From assembly GCF_009914755.1 (NCBI RefSeq), contig NC_060927.1: a stretch of 64,000 nt of DNA; one strand, 5' to 3'. Below, piece after piece: positions 57,901 to 64,000 of this stretch. The position numbers and the translations under genes are program-made. This DNA is from the human T2T-CHM13v2.0 reference genome, Homo sapiens. The stretch's first letter is position 1, and each line of letters opens with the position of its first letter. The notes under the pieces are model-generated. The model saw only the letters and a program-made list of their open reading frames with translations. It was not told the DNA's origin and did no database searches.

Positions 57901-60191
57901 TGTAGCCAGACATTTATCTTCAGAATAATCACACCACATTAAATCAGTCTTCTCTTTTCAGCCCTAGTAAAAGTTTTGTTTAATTCTAAGATGCCATCAT
58001 AGTGAACAACCTTAACTTTTATGCTACATAATTATATTCAAAGCTTTATGTATTTTTGTTTATAATTACACAGTAATTATAAATGTTTAGTACCAACCTG
58101 ATGACAAACACTATTTTGTTGAAAAGGTTTTGCATTTAAAAAGAAAAATATGTAAAATCCAAGGCACTAGGCCACGAACCAATATGACTTTTAAAGAAAA
58201 CACTTTATATTGAAAAAAAAAAAAAAAAAAAAAAGCTAATGGGATCTCATTTCAAAACACAGCATATGTGAATTAATCAATCTGAAACCAATAACCATAA
58301 CTCAAAATCTTCAAGACAGGAAACAAAACAGTACATATATATAGATATATAGATATATATATCTTTTAAAAATTTTTCATAATTGAAGTTCCTCTTTATA
58401 TTTACAAAAAAATCAGGAAATACTGAAAGCAGCAAGATTCTTCTTTTTCCTTTTTCTTTTAATAACCAATTCCAGTAGCCTGAATAGAAATTTTCAAATT
58501 TTTCTTTTGGTAAAACTGCATTCTTGAATTAAAGTTATGATTGGAATATTAATATGTCTATAGGGAAAGCTTTCTAGTCTATTTCAAAATCATGTAAAAA
58601 GCAGTTTTGATATGTCATTGTTTCTTAAAATAATTTCCATATTTGCATAAAATGTACTGCTATTCTAAGTACATTCCTTTGTTAATATCAACCCTAGACC
58701 TTAGAGAGTGCCTGGATATATATCCCAAGCAGAATCTATTCCTATCAAAAGACCATAATCATCAAACATTTGAAGTATTACATTTCTAGCCTGCCTTACG
58801 GAAATGTTTAAGAAAGCAAGAAACCCTTCTTCACATGTCAGTAAGTGAACAGGGAAATGACCATTTTCAGCATAAAAGCAGCTCATGGGGCTTGTAATGA
58901 AAAAAATACATACAAGATAGCATTCTGCTTTGATGAGAAAACTGAGCTAATCTGAGTGAAACGAAAACAGTAAAGAGACTAGAAGCCAGATTGGTATTTT
59001 GCATCGTGTATGCTTGTTTGAAAATCTTTGCTCCTGAAGTAAATATTTGGCAACCACAGTGATTAGCAGTTAAAGCAATTTCAACAAAATAATAAGTCAT
59101 CGAAAATGGACTATTTGTCTGAAAGAGCAGTACCTATATTATAAAGATTGAACTTCATGGCTCATTACAACCATTTTCAAAATTTAACTGCAACTATCTT
59201 CTTATAAATTAAGAGAATTCCATTTGTGTTCCATAGTGCGATGACAAAAAAAAAGTAAAAATAAAACAAAAAAACCCTCATGCCTAAATTTAGAATATTG
59301 TATTGTGTAGCAATCCAAAACATTCAAAACAAATTAAATAGTTTAACTTATGTGACAGGCAGATAAGCATTTCAAAAGCATAATGAAGTCCAATTATGTA
59401 GTGCATAATGTAGACAGGAGAAGAATCTAACATTATGCAGACATTTTCTAAATAAAAGCTCCCTGTAGGACAGCTATATATAAACATGGGTAAGGTAAGC
59501 GCAGACTAGTTCTGTGGAACCTTTTGAAATCAAGAGTCTAAAACACAATACATTTTTCAGGTAGGCACCAAGTTATCCTAAAAAATTTTCATGTCGGTTA
59601 TTCTGACATTGTTTTTTCATCAGATACTCACATCAACAACACATGTGATTTGCCAGGAAAAAAAAAAAATTCCCCCCAAACCAAAACACCATTCCAGATC
59701 CAGTACACTTAAATATATCACTCTCACTGGAAGTGCTATTAGCATAGTCTTTGCAACTAGCCCAAAGCGTATATTTAAGAAGTTTTTATAAATTGTTTTG
59801 TGATGTTCATATGTTTAATTCTTATGCCAACTGTTTTCTGATGAAGACAGCATTGTGCTTTATGCGAGAATGAAAACCTCAAAATAATCACCATAAAGCT
59901 TCTAAGACTTATGGGAGAATAAACTAGGATGGTCCACAGATATAAGATGAAATCCACAATGTTGGAATTATAAATGTTTAGAGCGGCCCAGACTAGAAGA
60001 CAAGCCCAAACCACCATTAGAAGAATGAAATACGATATGGTCCAAGATGTATCCTTAAAGTTTTGTCTCAACCCTCAGTCTGAATTGTGAGGATTGATCT
60101 TCAGTTCAGTCCAGCCAGCAGAAATTGACTGTGCAATTTTCTGTTGTATTTATTGTACAGACTATGTACATTCTAGAAGGTTCCTTTAGTG
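55000..60191 (-). other. DCUN1D1: DCUN1D1 long 3'UTR (distal end uncertain; may extend to about 53200)
   Basis: Stretch free of Alu/L1, U-rich on the minus strand; minus-strand AATAAA at 60149-60154, 57486-57491, 56910-56915, 53556-53561 and 53275-53280. Confidence 0.6.
57782..57862. repeat. Compound (GT)/(CT)/(CA) microsatellite-like tract
   Basis: gtgtgtgtgtctctccc...ctctctcacagacacagactcaaacacaca. Confidence 0.7.
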
Positions 60192-60271
60192 CTACACTGT
60201 TGTACTTTTTGTCCCAGCAATTTGAGGGCGTGCAAATTCCACAAAGTCATCAATAAGAACAGGCCATGCTC
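60192..60271 (-). CDS. DCUN1D1: DCUN1D1 last coding segment: (G)AWPVLIDDFVEFARPQIAGTKSTTV*
   Basis: Minus-strand ttttccag acceptor (ctg at 60272-60274), TAG stop (cta at 60192-60194); DCN1 PONY-domain GAWPxLIDxFVE motif. Confidence 0.96.
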
Positions 60272-60600
60272 CTGGAAAAAAGAAAAAATATGAAAGAAAG
60301 AGAAGGGGGAAAAAAGCAGAAATAAGGCTAACATTTTAGTAGAATCCTTTTTTTAAGACTTCCTCATAAGCGTTAAAGTATATCATTCTTATCTATTCCC
60401 ACTGATTAAGTCTTTCAAAACTCAAACTTTTTGGAGTTTTTACCCCAAATATTCCTTGTATTCCTTGTGATTTATTACTCCAACATTTGGTTGTTCCTTG
60501 AGTGATAAAAGTAACTTGTCTGGCAACTCATCAATAATATGATTTTCTCAAGGCCACTGCAGTCAGCCAATGGAAGTAATTTGGTCAAAACTGGCAGCCT

Positions 60601-60717
60601 GAGGCAGGAGAATGGTGTGAACCCGGGAGGCGGAGCTTGCAGTGAGATCGCGCCACTGCACTCCAGCCTGGGGGACAGAGCGAGACTCCCTCTCAAAACA
60701 AACAAACAAACAAACAA
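60601..60717 (+). mobile_element. 5'-truncated AluY-like element with (AAAC)n tail and 14-bp TSD
   Basis: TSD aaaactggcagcct at 60587-60600 and 60718-60731; AluY-type gagaatggtgtgaacccgggaggcggagcttgcag. Confidence 0.92.
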
Positions 60718-61373
60718 AAAACTGGCAGCCTAAGGAGCAGCTATGAAATGATAGCATGCTGCCAGTGCTGAAGGCATAGGAGGAGAAACAAGTTTTCAAG
60801 CATTCTGTGGCCATCTCACAAAGGAAATTAACAGGAAGTGTCAAATTCCATCCTATTTCATGCTAATACGTTACTAAAAGGTGTAAAATTGCATATATGC
60901 ATGCCTCTACACATTCACATGCCCATCACCAAGTCAGAAAGCTCTCCATTTTTGTGTAAAACCTACCAGAAGACACAATTATTAGGTATATGCAGGATTA
61001 AACATTTCTCACTTTGCAGGGAAGATTATAAACGACAACGAAATGAAGAAAAGAAATAACATCATCCCTGATTAGCCTTAATGATTCCAGGACACTTTTA
61101 AATGATTCCAGGACACCGAGATCACAGGGGGTTTTTCAAAAAATATCTCCATCTTGCATCCTGCCAGTTCTCAAGTGGACTAGGGAAATATGTATGAAGA
61201 AATCAATGTAAATCACTTCTACATATAGAAAAATACAAGTCCACATCCTAGTAGTGGATGGTAGCACCATCTTTATACATTTATGAAGAAATAGCAGAAA
61301 AGTATTCAGTGATTATTTACTGAATGCCAATAGTACTATATTAGGCGGCTGAAGTAAGTTTCAAAAAAAAATA

Positions 61374-61761
<388 letters not shown>

Positions 61762-61932
61762 TCAAGAAGTAAAAAGGTTCCTAAACTGAAAACCTAAAAC
61801 ATGGATAAAAATTACTTATGCCTTTCTGGAAGACATGAATGCTGAGTAGGAATTGAAAGAAACAGAAGAATATGGATTGGTAAATGTATGAAGGTATTTC
61901 ATACATTCAGAAGAGCATTAAAAAAAGCTTGG

Positions 61933-62225
61933 AGCTGGTCACAGTGGCTCATGCCTATAATCCCAACACTTTGGGATGCCAAGGCAGGAGGATTGCTTGA
62001 GGCCAGGAGTACAAGAGAGCAAGACCCCTGCTTCTATAAAACATTAAGAAATTAGTCAGGCATTGCAGCGCATGCCTGTAGTCCTAGCTCCTTGGGAGGC
62101 TGAGGCAGGAGGACTGCTGAGCCCAGGAGTTTGAAGACTTGCAATAAGCCATGCTTGCACCAATGCACCTACCCTGGGCAACAGAATGAGACTCTATCTC
62201 AAAAAAAACAAAAACAAAACAAAAG
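61933..62225 (+). mobile_element. Alu (AluJ-like)
   Basis: Diverged two-arm Alu, (CAAAA)n tail. Confidence 0.88.
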
Positions 62226-62336
62226 CTCAGCGGAGGGAATTCCAACTCCGAGAAAAACAAAAGTACCTAAGAAGTTCAAGGGTATGGGATAAAAAGGCAC
62301 ATTAAAAAAAAGTGGTGTGGCAAAAATTTTCATTAC

Positions 62337-62433
62337 CTTCTTCATCATAATTAGACATGTCATCTGCAATCATCGTACTGAAGTCTAAAAGAAGATTCCA
62401 AGTGTCTTTTGGTATTGATCGTTTATGATGTTC
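62337..62433 (-). CDS. DCUN1D1: DCUN1D1 coding exon: [32 protein letters not shown](G)
   Basis: Minus-strand tag acceptor, gtaatg donor; 97 nt, phase 0-1; contains the KDTW motif with the DAD-patch Asp. Confidence 0.96.
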
Positions 62434-62648
62434 CTATTTAAAAAACAAAAACAAAATACATTTGTATCACTAAAAAGAGCTGCACAAAAACAGTTTGGAC
62501 AATTTGAAATACAAGAATGCAAAACAATTATGTAACAAAATTCTGGTAATCAAATTTCTCATTCTATATCCAATACATTATGTTAATTTATCTTTAAACA
62601 TAGCAGAATTTGAGAAAACAGAGAGAAATGTAGAAAATGTGAACTTAC

Positions 62649-62731
62649 CAACAAAAATTTATTCCATAAGTCTAAGAATTTAAATCTTCCATTAAGCACT
62701 AAGTTCCAGTAGGCAATGGCCATTTCTAGAT
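62649..62731 (-). CDS. DCUN1D1: DCUN1D1 coding exon: (D)[27 protein letters not shown]
   Basis: Minus-strand tttcag acceptor, gtaagt donor; 83 nt; in frame with next exon; upstream exons lie beyond the window. Confidence 0.96.
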
Positions 62732-63045
62732 CTGAAATAGTAAAAATGAATTATGTATTTAAATGCTATAAATATTTGTCCCTGCAAAAATAACAAACAA
62801 ACAAAAAAACAGGTATGACCAAAGAAAGTCTAAAAATAAAAAACTTGTATCCTGAATACTTATGTATTAAAAATTTCCTATACAAATGAGTCCAAAGTTT
62901 GTATCCTCCCTCTTCAAAAATGACCAGGGCCTTTAGGGCAAAAAATGATACTACTTATCTCACGGGGGAATTCTGTGTTTTAAATTAGAGAATGCAGTTA
63001 AACATAGTAGCTCACAAAAGTGTTCAAATATTAGTTACTGTACAC

Positions 63046-63261
63046 CAGGGTTTCTCAACCTGGGCACTTCCAACATTTTAGGCCAGATAATTATTTGTTG
63101 TAGGGTGCTGTCCTGTGTACTGTAGGAAATTTAGCAATATCTCTGACCTCCATCCACTAGATGCCAGTAGCAGCTTCACTCAGCCCCCACTGGTGACAAT
63201 AAAAAATGTCTCCATATATTGCCAAAGACAACCTGAGGGCCAACCCAGATGAGAATCCCTG
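63046..63261. mobile_element. MER20 (hAT-Charlie), full length
   Basis: Termini cagggtttctca...tgagaatccctg; 8-bp TSD ctgtacac/atgtacac. Confidence 0.88.
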
Positions 63262-63486
63262 ATGTACACCTACAGGTTGGAAGGTGAAGGACTGCTCTTC
63301 AATCCTAAGTAACCTTATGCTCTAAATTATTTACTGACTGATCCTGACCACAAAGAGATCATTAAAAATACTGATCTAAAACTTAAAATTAATAAGAAAC
63401 CAAGAATTTCTTAAAGTTTGCCAAAGACAATATAAATGACTTTTTAACTGGGCATGGACCAGAGAAGGGTAGAGAAGGCAATAATG

Positions 63487-63648
63487 CCGCATAAGAAAGA
63501 GCTACACTTACCACACGACAGAGAACTACACTTATCACACGACAGAGAACTACACTTATCACACAACAGAGAACTACGCTTACCACACAACAGAGAACTA
63601 CACTTATCACATGACAGAGAACTACACTTATCACATGACAGAGAACTA
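63487..63648. repeat. 24-bp minisatellite, ~6.7 copies, in a DCUN1D1 intron
   Basis: Unit (t/c)caca(c/t)(g/a)acagagaactacactta repeated head to tail. Confidence 0.95.
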
Positions 63649-63866
63649 TGATCTCTTTCAAGGAACCATAGCAGTTAAGAAAGTGTTTAGTTTTTATGAG
63701 TGAATTTACTTCTCCAGCACAAGAAAAATTACATCCTAAGTAACTTAAAAGTCCTTTTATTGATAGATGACATCTCGAAACCATTCTTTATAATTGAGAA
63801 ATCATGAGTGATTAGGAAAGACAAAAATTGAGGCAAGTGCTGCCCCAATTTTTAAAAGCAACAAAG

Positions 63867-64000
63867 AGCCAGGCGGGGTGGCTCACACCTGTAATCCCAG
63901 CACTTTGGGAGGTTGAGTCGGGCAGATCACAAGGTAAGGAGTTCAAGACCAGCCTGGCCAACATGGTGAAACCCCATCGCTACTAAAAACACAAAAATTA
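63867..64000 (+). mobile_element. Alu left arm (runs off the window)
   Basis: gagccaggcggggtggctcacacctgtaatcccagcac. Confidence 0.9.

Noticed and set aside
63487-63648. CRISPR-like array or repeat-protein gene (ORFs 63389..63784 and 63454..63651)
   Set aside because: Units are head to tail with no unique spacers, there are no cas genes, and the context is a eukaryotic intron; the ORFs follow from the 24-bp period

Overview
Primate (almost certainly human) genomic DNA, AT-rich and dense in Alu/L1/MIR repeats; it is not prokaryotic. It holds the 3' ends of two convergent genes. On the + strand are the last eight canonical coding exons of the P4-ATPase phospholipid flippase ATP11B (1051-33204), with a 3'UTR to about 36730. 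On the - strand are the last three coding exons of the neddylation E3 DCUN1D1 (62731-60192), with a long 3'UTR. A nested L1/Alu/L2/MaLR block (about 37600-50100) lies between them. Exons were found by reading splice sites and reading frames by hand; almost every ORF in the supplied track is repeat-derived or spurious. The most interesting structure is a combinatorial C-terminal splicing module in ATP11B: an 86-nt cassette exon with downstream RBFOX motifs, two further candidate exons, an exon open in two frames, and an intronic read-through/poly(A) option. Together these predict at least five different cytoplasmic tails. I found no evidence of a wholly new biological system, a CRISPR array or an RNA gene. 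Repeat boundaries are approximate unless target-site duplications (TSDs) are quoted.
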